Below are positions 1 to 10,276 of a DNA stretch of 64,000 nucleotides, in pieces. Each line of letters begins with the position of its first letter. The first letter of the stretch is position 1. A program made the translations under genes and the position numbers. The DNA comes from Minutocellus sp. GHC0000111 (taxonomy: Eukaryota). The notes under the pieces were generated by a model. That model was not told the origin of the DNA. It saw only the letters and a list, made by a program, of their open reading frames with translations, and made no database searches. The stretch is taken from positions 2,666,001 to 2,730,000 of the forward strand of contig OZ361256.1 of the NCBI GenBank assembly GCA_977018835.1, read 5' to 3'.

Positions 1-433
1 GCAGAGTGGACACCTCGGCCAATTCCTTGTCTCGGCCGAGCAGACCACCGCCGCCGTTACTTTCCGCTGCATCATCACCACTCTGCTGTTGAGTCAACTC
101 GTCATCCTTCTTCGACAGTGCCTCCCTGCATATGTCCACTCGGTACACATAGTCGTAGGTGAAGTAGGCAATCCAAACCGTGAATGGCAGAGTAGCGACC
201 GACAGCAGTCCGAAGCGGGCAATGTCAATCCCGGTAGTCTTCGGGGGCATATGATAGGCGGGTGCATTATTATTGCTCCATCTCTGACGTGGACGTATTC
301 TTCCAGCGGTTGCCGAAGCGGTGTTGTGAAGAGCGGCCGAATCTGCTCCGTGGGCACTGGTATTGCCCAAACGAGGTCGGAACTTGTCGATGAGACGACG
401 GAGGGTGGTGGATGATGATCGAGCTGCCATCAT
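1..433 (-). CDS. Partial CDS (5' end, runs off the window edge); unknown protein with an Arg/Ser-rich N-terminus and one hydrophobic helix
   Basis: Manual translation from ATGATG at 433 is open to base 1: MMAARSSSTTLRRLIDKFRPRLG...IARFGLLSVATLPFTVWIAYFTYDYVY...; absent from the ORF track because no stop lies in the window. The N-terminus resembles a mitochondrial presequence. Confidence 0.6.
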   Translation of the reverse strand, partial: MMAARSSSTTLRRLIDKFRPRLGNTSAHGADSAALHNTASATAGRIRPRQRWSNNNAPAYHMPPKTTGIDIARFGLLSVATLPFTVWIAYFTYDYVYRVDICREALSKKDDELTQQQSGDDAAESNGGGGLLGRDKELAEVSTL

Positions 434-697
434 ATAATGTTTTATGCAAGAAATGAGCACATCATGAGCGCAGAGGCGCGGCCGCAGAACAGAAAAATGA
501 AGCGTATCTTCTTCCAACGGGCCTGTCCTTCGTCGGATCCATCGTAGGTCGGGCTGACTGCTGCTGCTGCCCGCGGAGCGGAGCGGAGAGCGGAGAGCAT
601 TCTCAATTTGGTTGGCACATTGAACACCTCCCCACGCTTGGTCAACACGGTGGTTTGTTCTTACCGTTTTGAGCACGGTCGTGTTTTGAGTGTCATC

Positions 698-1750
698 ATG
701 AGCGCGCCCGAAGAAACGGGCGCCGATACCAGCGCTGCCGCCGCCCCTCCGTCTCTCGAGGCGGCCATCTCGGCACTCCCCGATCTTCTCGGAAATCGGT
801 TGGCCGAGATCGAGAAGCGCGAGCAAGAACTTGCCAAGGCCAAGAAGGCCTTTGCCGAGGAGACCGGCAAGGCATATGGATCTGCCAAGCCCAGCGATGT
901 GCTCCAGTTGAACGTCGGTGGTACCAAGCTGACCGTTCTCCGGTCCACCATTTGTTATGCCGAGGGTTCCATGCTCGCGAGCAAGTTCTCTGGGAGGTGG
1001 GATGACTCTCTGGAAGTTGAAATGGACGGAAACTTTTTCATTGATCAGCCGTATGAGCTATTTTGTATTCTGATCAATTACTTCAGGGCGTGCATGTCCG
1101 CTACTCCCAAGGCTCCGCCCGTTAGCATTTATAAAATGACGAGAGACTTGAAGCCACATGAAAAAGAGGACTTTATTCGAATGGTGGAATACTATGGATG
1201 CACAGGAGCAGTATATCCAACCAAGATTCGGTCCAGCAGTGACAGTGCGAAGGTTCGCCAATATCCCGAATGCACCGTTGAGTCCCCTGATTGGTCTACC
1301 TTCACCGTTTTGCCTGATGGTGAACATTACAGACGAATCAAATCTTTTCAAGTCGAAGTCGGAGATGTCGAGCGGATTGTCGTCGGCGTGTCAACAAAAA
1401 GCGATTTCGGCAGTGATTTCAAAGGGGTCGGAGAAGAGAAATACACCCTTGGAATCGACTCATGCAATTCCTCGTTTGTTCTTTTCAGTAAAAACGGGAA
1501 GGAGACAAAAGGTTTGGAAGACATCAAGATTGCAAAGGGATCTGTTATCAAGGTTGACCTTCACAGAGCTGGCAGCTCATACCAACAATCTTCCTGGCCC
1601 GAAAAAGTTTTCGTTGATGGAAAGTTGGCGTTTGCCTGGGCAGATATTTACAGATTGGATAACAGTCTTTCTAAGAGCACAGAGGTCTTTCCTGCCATCA
1701 GTGTGAAAGGAAGCTTTAGCATTTGTGACGTCGAATTGGGCTTTGAATGA
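698..1750 (+). CDS. BTB/POZ (KCTD/T1-type) domain protein with a SPRY-like beta-rich C-terminus
   Basis: First ATG at 698 (MSAPEET). Coiled coil, then DVLQLNVGG...RSTI...GSMLASKFSGRWD...DGNFFID...FCILINYFR, a typical BTB_2 signature. C-terminus ends VFPAISVKG, as in SPRY-like domains. Confidence 0.8.
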   Translation: MSAPEETGADTSAAAAPPSLEAAISALPDLLGNRLAEIEKREQELAKAKKAFAEETGKAYGSAKPSDVLQLNVGGTKLTVLRSTICYAEGSMLASKFSGRWDDSLEVEMDGNFFIDQPYELFCILINYFRACMSATPKAPPVSIYKMTRDLKPHEKEDFIRMVEYYGCTGAVYPTKIRSSSDSAKVRQYPECTVESPDWSTFTVLPDGEHYRRIKSFQVEVGDVERIVVGVSTKSDFGSDFKGVGEEKYTLGIDSCNSSFVLFSKNGKETKGLEDIKIAKGSVIKVDLHRAGSSYQQSSWPEKVFVDGKLAFAWADIYRLDNSLSKSTEVFPAISVKGSFSICDVELGFE

Positions 1751-2123
1751 GGGCACTCTTGGGCTCTCAAATACAAATTGTTTTCCGGTAAGGCACTAGA
1801 TCTACATTTGTGTACTCTGGCAGATCTTGAGCCATTTGCTTGGGTTGCCAGAAAAGGGTGGGCAAGGGAGGCCATCCTTTTCGACCTTCGAGGGGGGGGG
1901 GGTCCGCCCCCGCCCCCCCGCGCGCGCGCCGAAGTTGAGTCTGTCCGTCATCAGTATCAAGCCTCCCTCAATCGAAGCAAAGCAACATGATACTGGGGGC
2001 CCCAGTAAGACCGAAGGGCGAGAAGGCAAGTACCCTGCCTGTCTTGACTTCCACCTGTTCCGAAGATAATACTCGCAGTAGTTTAGAATTGATACTTTCG
2101 CTCTTGGGCATTGGCGCAGCGTT

Positions 2124-3398
2124 ATGATCCGACGGCGGCGGCACCTGGCGCTTGCAACAGCTGCTGCGGTCACCGCCGCCATAAATGCTTACGGCGAAGG
2201 TAGTGGAAGTGGTCCGGTATTTGTCAGTGCGGCTGGACAACTATCGCCGGTCCCATCGCCAGCGCCGATCCAAGCGTCGGCGTCATCACCAATTATACGA
2301 CGAAAGAAGCGGCGTTCTTCAACGAAGAAACGGGCGTCATCTTCGGCGTCGTTCCCGGCCCCTGTTTCGACGATTTCGGCTCCCAACAAGAATGAGGCCC
2401 CAAACGTGCAGCAGACAGGTACTAGTACCACTACAACAAATCAAAATACAGAGAATGGAGGCAAAACAAACGGCAAATCGACCTTATCCAATCCGATTCC
2501 GACTAATGACCGGCCAAACAAATTTATGGATCCATATCTGGCCTCAACAACACCTTGGGTCCGACGGTATTTAGCATCGACCGCCGATGACATGCTCCTT
2601 CCGGTGCCGAGGGAATTCTTGGCCGATGGCTTCAACCTGCAGGGATTGCAACAGAACGTGGAACGGATAGGCCAACAGGCTGCTGCTAGGGCTGGAAATG
2701 AGATAGCACAAACAAACGCAAAAGACCCCGCGACGGAAGATGTGCCGAAGAAACAGCCGCTCTTTCCCTTTTACAGAGCAGCGCTGAAACTGATACTGAG
2801 AAAGAAGGAAGAGGGAGAGGATGACGACAATATGAATTTAGGCGTGGTAGCAGCTGCTGAGGCACTATATGTGCTCGTTCATGCTCGGTTCTGCGTATCA
2901 CCTCGGGGCTTGGAAACATTGCGAAGGTTGATGAGCACCCCATTGCAAGTCAAGGCAGCAAGAAGAGATGAATGCAACGAACCAATTTTTGGCAGATGCC
3001 CACGGATCGGATGTGATGGTATGCCTCTTTTACCTTGTGGTATGAGTGATGAGTACGACGATGGTAATAATGACAAAGGTGGAAGAAATCGAAAGGCCAT
3101 GAGGTATTGCATATCTTGTGGTGAGATGCTGATGCCGTCCAAACCATCAAAGGTAGATGGAAGTGCTTGGGGTACATCTCTCTGTCATCTGCTTGTAATG
3201 ACATATGGGGCCAATATATTTCCAAAGTACTTTGGTGGTGGCAGTAGGAAGATGCCAAGTGTTGCTTCAGCCGTTGGCCCGCCAGATGGATCAAGATCGA
3301 TCGGAGGTTACTCTCCAGTTCCACAAGTATTTGGATTCCCTGTACATCGAATGAAAGCAGCAATCAAGTACCCTTTGCTTTTGCAGGAGGAAAAATAG
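2124..3398 (+). CDS. Casein kinase II beta (regulatory) subunit-like protein with a long N-terminal extension
   Basis: CK2-beta motifs in order: WVRRYL...PREFLADGFNLQGL, PFYRAALKLIL, acidic loop EEGEDDD, AAEALYVLVHARF, FGRCPRIGC...LLPCGMSD, YCISC (Zn ribbon), VDGSAWGT...HLLVMTY, PQVFGFPVH. Confidence 0.85.
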   Translation: MIRRRRHLALATAAAVTAAINAYGEGSGSGPVFVSAAGQLSPVPSPAPIQASASSPIIRRKKRRSSTKKRASSSASFPAPVSTISAPNKNEAPNVQQTGTSTTTTNQNTENGGKTNGKSTLSNPIPTNDRPNKFMDPYLASTTPWVRRYLASTADDMLLPVPREFLADGFNLQGLQQNVERIGQQAAARAGNEIAQTNAKDPATEDVPKKQPLFPFYRAALKLILRKKEEGEDDDNMNLGVVAAAEALYVLVHARFCVSPRGLETLRRLMSTPLQVKAARRDECNEPIFGRCPRIGCDGMPLLPCGMSDEYDDGNNDKGGRNRKAMRYCISCGEMLMPSKPSKVDGSAWGTSLCHLLVMTYGANIFPKYFGGGSRKMPSVASAVGPPDGSRSIGGYSPVPQVFGFPVHRMKAAIKYPLLLQEEK

Positions 3399-3568
3399 CA
3401 AATAGGCCAGATAAAGGTGGAAACTTGGACCACATTCCCATCGCGTCGTAAAATATATCCGATTCAATCAGCATGTGCAGTTTTATTAGTACCTAGGTAC
3501 TAGTATTATTGGAGGGTATCGCAGAAGAGTGTGTCTAAAGTTACGTAGCAGATCTTGGCGTATTGTTA

Positions 3569-4754
3569 TTAGCTCAAGATATTGATTTCCAACCCACTGG
3601 CCTCGTCCCAGCCATTGCCCTTTGCGAGCGCGGCCTCTTTTCTTTCCTCTTTCACTTTCTTCTCCGCTTCAGCTTTTTCTCTTTTCTGCCTTGCCTTTTC
3701 GCTCCTCTCGGCCATCCGTTGCATGTACTTGGCACGAGTGAGTGAAGTTATATCAAGGCCACACGGCAATGACTGATCTAATCGTCCACTTGGATTCCAG
3801 TTGCCCGACCCTGCCAATCTTGCCTGCTTGTGCTGCATGCCAATGAGCCAGTTGGCATGAACCAGCGCCACACTATTCCTATTTCTTGCTGAGAAGCATT
3901 GATTGCCTGACGGAAAGGCTTCAGAATCGCCAAGACGCCAAGTCACATTGTGTTTTCGGTCGTGAACAGCCGCATTGAATGCCGGCTGGTCATTTTCGTA
4001 CCACCCTGTCAGAATTTCGTCTCTCCATATTTCGAGGAGCTCGATAGTGGCCTCGTTTGGTTTCAGAAACATATTGCATGAACAAAGCGACCACGAGGCA
4101 CCGTCTCCAACAAAAAAACGCGTCTTCTTCGCTTCCTTCTGGATCCACTTCATTCCATACATTCTTTTTCCACACCATGTCAGCATCATTGTAGAGGACG
4201 TTGTAGCCCTTTTCGACAAAGGATTTTATGAAAGTTGGTGGAGATGCGGTCACTTCCTTAAAGCTACTCATTCCAAATGTTGCATAGGCATTGCTTTGGG
4301 ACGCATCATCGAGGCCGGGCAGAACAGGCGCAACATGACCAGGATATGCTGCCTCTAGCGTAATCTTGGTCGCGCTATCGAGCGGAATAAGAATAAAATT
4401 ATCAATGCCGAGCGTCAGCAAGGAGTTGGCCCAGTTGTCAGCGAGAGGAACCCCAGCACAGTTCACGGCTACAATTGCAATTCTCTTTCGTTCGTCAGCA
4501 ATCTTTCCCAACAGATCCGACGGAGGCCAGTCAGCAGCCGACACCTCATCATCAATGTAGTGAAAGAGATCCCTTGCTCGGATGGTCACGTCTGGGCTGT
4601 CATTTATGGGATCCTTGTTCAATGCTGCAAGTGCAGCAATTGTGAGACCAAGGAAGGTCGTCGACAGAATTCTCCGACGCCGTCGCTTTCGGCTGGACGG
4701 GTTAGGAGGCGTAGGCGGCAGCTCCTCGGCGATATTATCAAATGAACGCCACAT
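3569..4754 (-). pseudogene. Nucleotide-diphospho-sugar transferase (GT77-like, type II membrane), paralogue 1; +1 frameshift in a homopolymer
   Basis: N-terminal TM, YNDADMVW (DxD), DQPAFN and HANW are split over two ORFs. The frame changes at a 7-A run (4112-4118); 6 would give DAFFVGDG, matching DAFFVSDG in paralogue 2. May be an assembly error rather than a true pseudogene. Confidence 0.75.
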
Positions 4755-5175
4755 GCTTTCAATTGTGGTTAATTAATCGGTATGTGGGAGGCAACTGGCA
4801 ATCGTTTGTTGCCGCTTCCATTCGAATTGCCCTCCGCCGCTTTCAGATTGTGCGAGACCTGCAATCAAGCGCCGGCGGGGCCGGGGTCATTGCGAGAATT
4901 TTTTGACTAATTCGACCGATGGTCCGCACGATGATATCAGAAAGAAAGCGCGTTTGGGAAGCTGACCAATGTTGGTGCAGCAAGGGTCGCTGCTACATCT
5001 GTTCAGTATGGTGATCTAGAGATGCAAGTAACATGAAAAATTAAAAGTTATACATCCCTTAGCTCGGCGCTGCTGAAAAGTGTTCTTCAGATGTTTTGAT
5101 GGCAGGCATCAGAAACGGCAGAAACAGCTTCTTTATCGTCGTCGGTCGGCAAAATCATCAAATTCACCATGTCAA

Positions 5176-6619
5176 TCAAACAACTCGATTTGATGTCAAT
5201 TTTGCGCTCATTCCGACCTCAATATCGCCCCCACCATAAGCCGCAGTGGGACTTATTCTAGTATCAACATCCAAATGCGCTCCATCGGCAGGATTTCCCT
5301 TTAATCGGCTGGCAAAGCTCTGTGACTTGCGTGCGTGAATTTGTTGCAATCTTCTCGGCGTCATTGGGAATCCATCGTGACCATCTTCGCCGAGCATTTC
5401 TTCGATCTCTTCGTCCAGTGTCTCGATAATGTCTCCAAAGTCTGGCCGCTCTAGTATGGTTGCTGACCAACATCTCCGCATTAGATCCGTCCAGGGAATC
5501 GGCCAAGAATTGTCCGGCTTGGGCCGGTAGCCCTGCGCCACCACCAAGTCCGAATGCATCTTGCAGGTGTATCCCGAATACGGCGTGGCAAGGGCACATA
5601 TTTGCCAGAACAATATCCCAAACGAGTACGTGTCAACATTTTCCGTATAAGGATGGCCAATGGCAACCTCCGGTGCCATGTACCGCAGCGATCCAGTATT
5701 GCCCGTCAGATTGTAAGTACCATCCGCATTCCGATCATCCGGATGCAACCTCTTGGCCAGACCAAAGTCGAACAGCTTCAGTTCTCCCTCCTCATCAAAT
5801 CCTAGGTTGTCTGGTTTGAGATCCCGGTACACAATGGACTCCTGGTGCAAGTGATGCAGGGCCGATGCAATGTCCCGCGCAATGAAGAGCCGGTCCAACC
5901 ACAACCGTTGCAATATGTCACGGTTGGCACAGCAATGGCCAATGCAGGGGACCCACACGCCCATGGCATAACCCACGTCCCGTCTCCACTCTTGCAACCG
6001 CACGTCCAACGTGGTCGTTAGCAGATCCAAAATGATAAAGTACCGACTCTCCAACGGGTCGGAATTGGCCACGGCACGCATTGTAATGATGTTGGGATGT
6101 CGGAGCATGCCCAGAAAGCGCGCCTCGACGGCCAGATCGACGATGCCCTTAGTGTATTCATCTTCTGGCAAATCATTGCGCAGCGTTTTGATGACGTAGC
6201 GATGCAGCCCGGTGTCGGTGTTGAGGCAGGTGGAGGATAATCTAGCGCGGGCACGGGATTCGTTCAAATCGCCCAGCTGCGCATCGTACGTTGGGTCAAT
6301 GTCAATACGTTCAATGATGTTGACCACTGAAAAGCCACCCCTACCGATTTCCATTCCGACGCATAGTTCTGCAAACAAGGTGAATTTACAAGCGCAAGGG
6401 GGGTGGGATGGAGAAAGGTGAGATAGGAGTCGAGCACAACGCTTGGCTGGTGTTTGGTGTTTTTATTGTAGCGGACCAGATCAGACGCACGCAAAAAGAT
6501 AACCAAAGGAGCACAATAGAACACTTGGAACACATACCTGGATACGCCAGCTTTGGGACTGTTGCATCCGCCGACGATTCGCCGCCGCCGTTGGACTGGT
6601 TGCCGCCTGCGTCCATCAT
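5176..6619 (-). CDS. Ser/Thr (TKL-like) protein kinase, 2 exons (intron 6369-6537)
   Basis: IGRGGFSVV, YVIK, YRDLKPDN, DFG, GSLRYMAPE, DTYSFG, CW...RP. Donor CCAG|GTATGT and acceptor TTGCAG join MMDAGG...LAYP-E-LCVG in frame. Confidence 0.9.
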
Positions 6620-6885
6620 CTTGGGCAACTGCTCTCAGCAAGTGGTTTGGCGGGACGGGAACGGTTTGCAAAAATGAGGCACGGCCGGCTCGGCTCGGCA
6701 TTGGATTTGAGGCAGGATGAGGACTCCTCGCTTACATTTTTCGGGGAGTTGAGTTCGCCGGCCTCGATGACCCCCCGCCCCAGAGACCTAGCCCGCCCGC
6801 TACCAGCCCCAGGATGGGCCATACCAAAGGCATGCCCAGCTGTTCCTCAAACATACCATTATTGGCTGCAAAAGACCAAAGCAAC

Positions 6886-8058
6886 ATGACGAGCAATAGC
6901 TTAGAGACGATCGGCGACGGTCGCAACAGAAGGCGGCGGCAGGCAATATCGGCCTCGTCCCTCCTATTTGCTGGAGCTACAATTCTCACCTACAGCGGCT
7001 ACTATGACAGTGAACCATTCTTTGATCGTCGACAGCTCAACGTCTACGCAAACGCTGGGGTGAAATACAAGCGGTTAACAAAGGACCAAAGTCGAGCGCT
7101 GCAGTCCCGAAAGCGTCTCAAAGGTTATATCGACGAAAAGGTGGCACGAGCCGACTGGCCGCCGTCGTCGACTGTGGACAATGTCGCAGATGAGCACAAC
7201 CGCGTGGCATTGGTGGCCGTCAACTGCGCTGGGGTGCAATTCGCTGACAATTGGGCCAATTCACTTTTGAAACAGGGTGTTGACAACTTCGTAATGATTC
7301 CACTGGATAACTCGACATACACGACGTTGCTCGATGCCTACCCTGAAAACACGGTGCCTACTTTGCCTGGTCTTGAGAACTTTTTCGACCACCATTTGGA
7401 AAAGTACAACGGATTTGGGAGTGATCACTTCAAGGAGCTGACGGCATCTCGACCGACCTTTATTAGGTCATTTGTGAAGAAAGGATACAGTGTTCTTTAC
7501 AATGATGCCGATATGGTGTGGAGAGGCAATCTTTGGAAAGAGATTGACCCAGAGCCGGTGGCGGCGGTGGAAACAGAAAGCAACGATAAGGACGCCTTCT
7601 TCGTGTCTGATGGGACACCGCACTATATTTGCTCGTGCATGATATTCATGAAGCCAACAGCCACCAACCTCGAGGCACTGACCGTGTGGAGAGATGAAAT
7701 TCTGACCGGAAAATATACTCAAGACCAAGCTGCGTGGAATAAGATATTGAATGGTCCAGAGTTCTTATGGAAGGATAAGCTGAACTGGCAGCGAGGCGAT
7801 CCAGTGAAATTCCCCCCGGGCAGTGCCTACTTCAACCAAGAGACGATAAATCCGGAGCTCAGGGACAATGCCCTGCTTATCCACGCGAATTGGATGCACG
7901 GCGGATTCAACAAGAAATTCAAGCTTGAATTATCAGGAGATTGGAATCCAAGTGGAAGGTTGAATCCGTCGCTGAAATGCTCAACGTCGTTGGGTGGCGT
8001 GAACATGCCCCAGTGGATGCGGGAGGCATGGGAGAATAAAGAAGCAGCATTAAAGTAA
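6886..8058 (+). CDS. Nucleotide-diphospho-sugar transferase (GT77-like), paralogue 2, intact
   Basis: Basic stretch + TM signal anchor, AVNCAG..FADNW, YNDADMVW, QDQAAWN, FPPG, LIHANW. Likely start MTSNS at 6886 (the ORF is open from 6814). Confidence 0.85.
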   Translation: MTSNSLETIGDGRNRRRRQAISASSLLFAGATILTYSGYYDSEPFFDRRQLNVYANAGVKYKRLTKDQSRALQSRKRLKGYIDEKVARADWPPSSTVDNVADEHNRVALVAVNCAGVQFADNWANSLLKQGVDNFVMIPLDNSTYTTLLDAYPENTVPTLPGLENFFDHHLEKYNGFGSDHFKELTASRPTFIRSFVKKGYSVLYNDADMVWRGNLWKEIDPEPVAAVETESNDKDAFFVSDGTPHYICSCMIFMKPTATNLEALTVWRDEILTGKYTQDQAAWNKILNGPEFLWKDKLNWQRGDPVKFPPGSAYFNQETINPELRDNALLIHANWMHGGFNKKFKLELSGDWNPSGRLNPSLKCSTSLGGVNMPQWMREAWENKEAALK

Positions 8059-8102
8059 CTATGAGTCCGTAAGAAGACAACTGACAATAGATCTACCGGT
8101 AG

Positions 8103-8140
8103 ATCTCTCTCTCTCTCTCTCTCTGCATCTTTCTCTCTCT
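8103..8140. repeat. Interrupted (CT)n microsatellite
   Basis: atctctctctctctctctctctgcatctttctctctct. Confidence 0.8.
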
Positions 8141-8310
8141 GGGCTTCTCGTGACCCCATGATGATGAGTCGAACAAGTCCGTCGGGGCTATTGTGGCGGA
8201 TCGTTGCATGATCACCATTTTGAACACTCACTCTGCCTCAATTCTGCATTCTGCAGCCATTCCAAGGCAATGTTGCTAGCCACTGTCTGCTCAAATAGAC
8301 AACAATAAGC

Positions 8311-9509
8311 ATGGATCACGATGAGCGATGTACGAGCCGCACCGGCAGCAGCCGTCGCTTTCAGCAAGCCGCCACCTCTATCTTTCTCCTCTGCTTCGGC
8401 TCACTGATCCTCTCTTCTTTTGACCAAAGTAGCAGCCATGCCTCCACAACCACCTCGAGGACACGGAATCTACTATCGCATGTCGATGACGAGGTATCGG
8501 CAGCTGATTGGTCACCATCGTCAATAGTAGACAGAGTGGTTGACGAACGGAATAGAGTTGCCATTGCTGCCGTAAATTGTGCAGGTTTGAGATTTGCGGA
8601 CAACTGGGCGAACTCCTTGCTGACGCTGGGAATCGAGAACTTTATCATGATCCCTCTGGACAATTCCACCGAGGCCATACTGACTGAAATTTATCCGGAA
8701 CACACGGTCCCAATGCTTCCTGGTGCCAACGATGATCTCGAAAAGTATCATGCTTACTCCGACTTTGGTGGATTTGCCTTCAAGGAGTTAACATCGACAC
8801 GACCGTCTTTCGTCAAGGCATTTCTGAAGAAAGGATACACTGTTCTGTATAATGATGCCGACATGGTTTGGCGCGGGAACTTGTGGGACGAGGTTGATCC
8901 TTTCAGAGAAGAAAGTGGGGGGAATAACGACGCTGTCTTCATAGAAGACGGTAGCTTCTGGTCAATGTGTTCCTGCATGATTTTCATGCACCCGACGGAT
9001 AAAAACATTCGTTTTCTGGAGCTATGGAGAGATGAGATCCTTACCCGAAGGCACAACAACGACCAATATGCATTTAATGCGGTTTTACGAAACAATCCAC
9101 AAAGCGTCGATTGGCGTCGTGGAGACAAGATGAAGTTTCCATCGGGCTCATTATACTTTAAGATGCATCGTGAGAAGGATGCCAAGGCCAGGGAGAATGT
9201 GCTATTAGTTCAAACTGGATGCAAGGAGACGTGAAGAAGAGGATGGCATTAGTTGACAGTGATAATTGGCATCCCAGTGGAAAGATCGATCAGATTAGTT
9301 TGCGATTAGTACCGTGTGGGGAAGATTTCAGTGATCTCAAACAACAACAGAGGGCGCAGAGTATGGCCGAATACGAGTTGAAAGTGAAGACGAAACGAGA
9401 AAAGTTGGAGAGTGAAGAACGAGAGCTGAAGCAGAGAAAGGAAGCAGCGCTAAAGAATGGAAATGGCTGGGATGAGAAGAGCAATTTGGAGATAAATGTT
9501 TTGAGGTAA
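8311..9509 (+). pseudogene. Nucleotide-diphospho-sugar transferase (GT77-like), paralogue 3; apparent 4-bp deletion at the HANW motif
   Basis: YNDADMVW and NDQYAFN present. At ~9211 the sequence reads GTT CA AAC TGG ATG where the paralogues have V-H-A-N-W. The downstream frame (9219-9509) matches the paralogue 1 tail (KEAAL..GNGWDE.S.LEIN). Confidence 0.75.
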
Positions 9510-10276
9510 TGCTATCTCTAGAATTACTTTTGACTGACCTTGTCAACTTTTGAGTTTCAAGGAGACTCCTTGATTCTGCATGAACCTAACGCTTTCTACC
9601 GATACCTACAATAGTCGTACCTTAGTTCAGGAAAGCGCTGAGACTGCATGTAGTAATTCCTATCGTGTGGACCAGAATGCTCTTCGCATTATTTTATCTA
9701 GATACCCTCCTCGAGCACTCTGGATTTCTTCTTCATTAGTGGAGCAGGCGATGGGGCCCGCCGTTACAAAAAAAACCTAGAGTCTAGTTTCTACGATCAC
9801 AAATTTTATCTTGAGCAGGAACCCTACCGGTAACTAGAGTGACATGCTATTGCTTGATCCTCAATTACAACATACCGCCCATTCCCCGCGGGCTCGATGC
9901 CTGGCGCTTCATCATTCTTACAGTATTCGCCTTTTCCTTGGATGTTTATTCACCTCTGGAACTCCAGAGATAGCCACGGACGTTGTTCCCCTCGGTAAGA
10001 ATGCATAGTCCACTGCTTTCTCGGCAGGGCCGGCCATATGTAGAGTCTCTTCTACATTACCTACTTGTAGCAACATGCTCTAGCTAGTACACTAGCTGGA
10101 TCTACTCCAATACATGTACACGTACACTTTAGGTTTAAAAATGTGTTTCAAGGGCGGCGTCGCTTCGGGATGGACTGGGCAGCTTCTTCCGCATTAGAAC
10201 TGTATTGTATACGACGTATTTGGCCTCAAATTATACAATGTAACTCTCTACTAGACTCTAAACTAGCTAGCTAATT

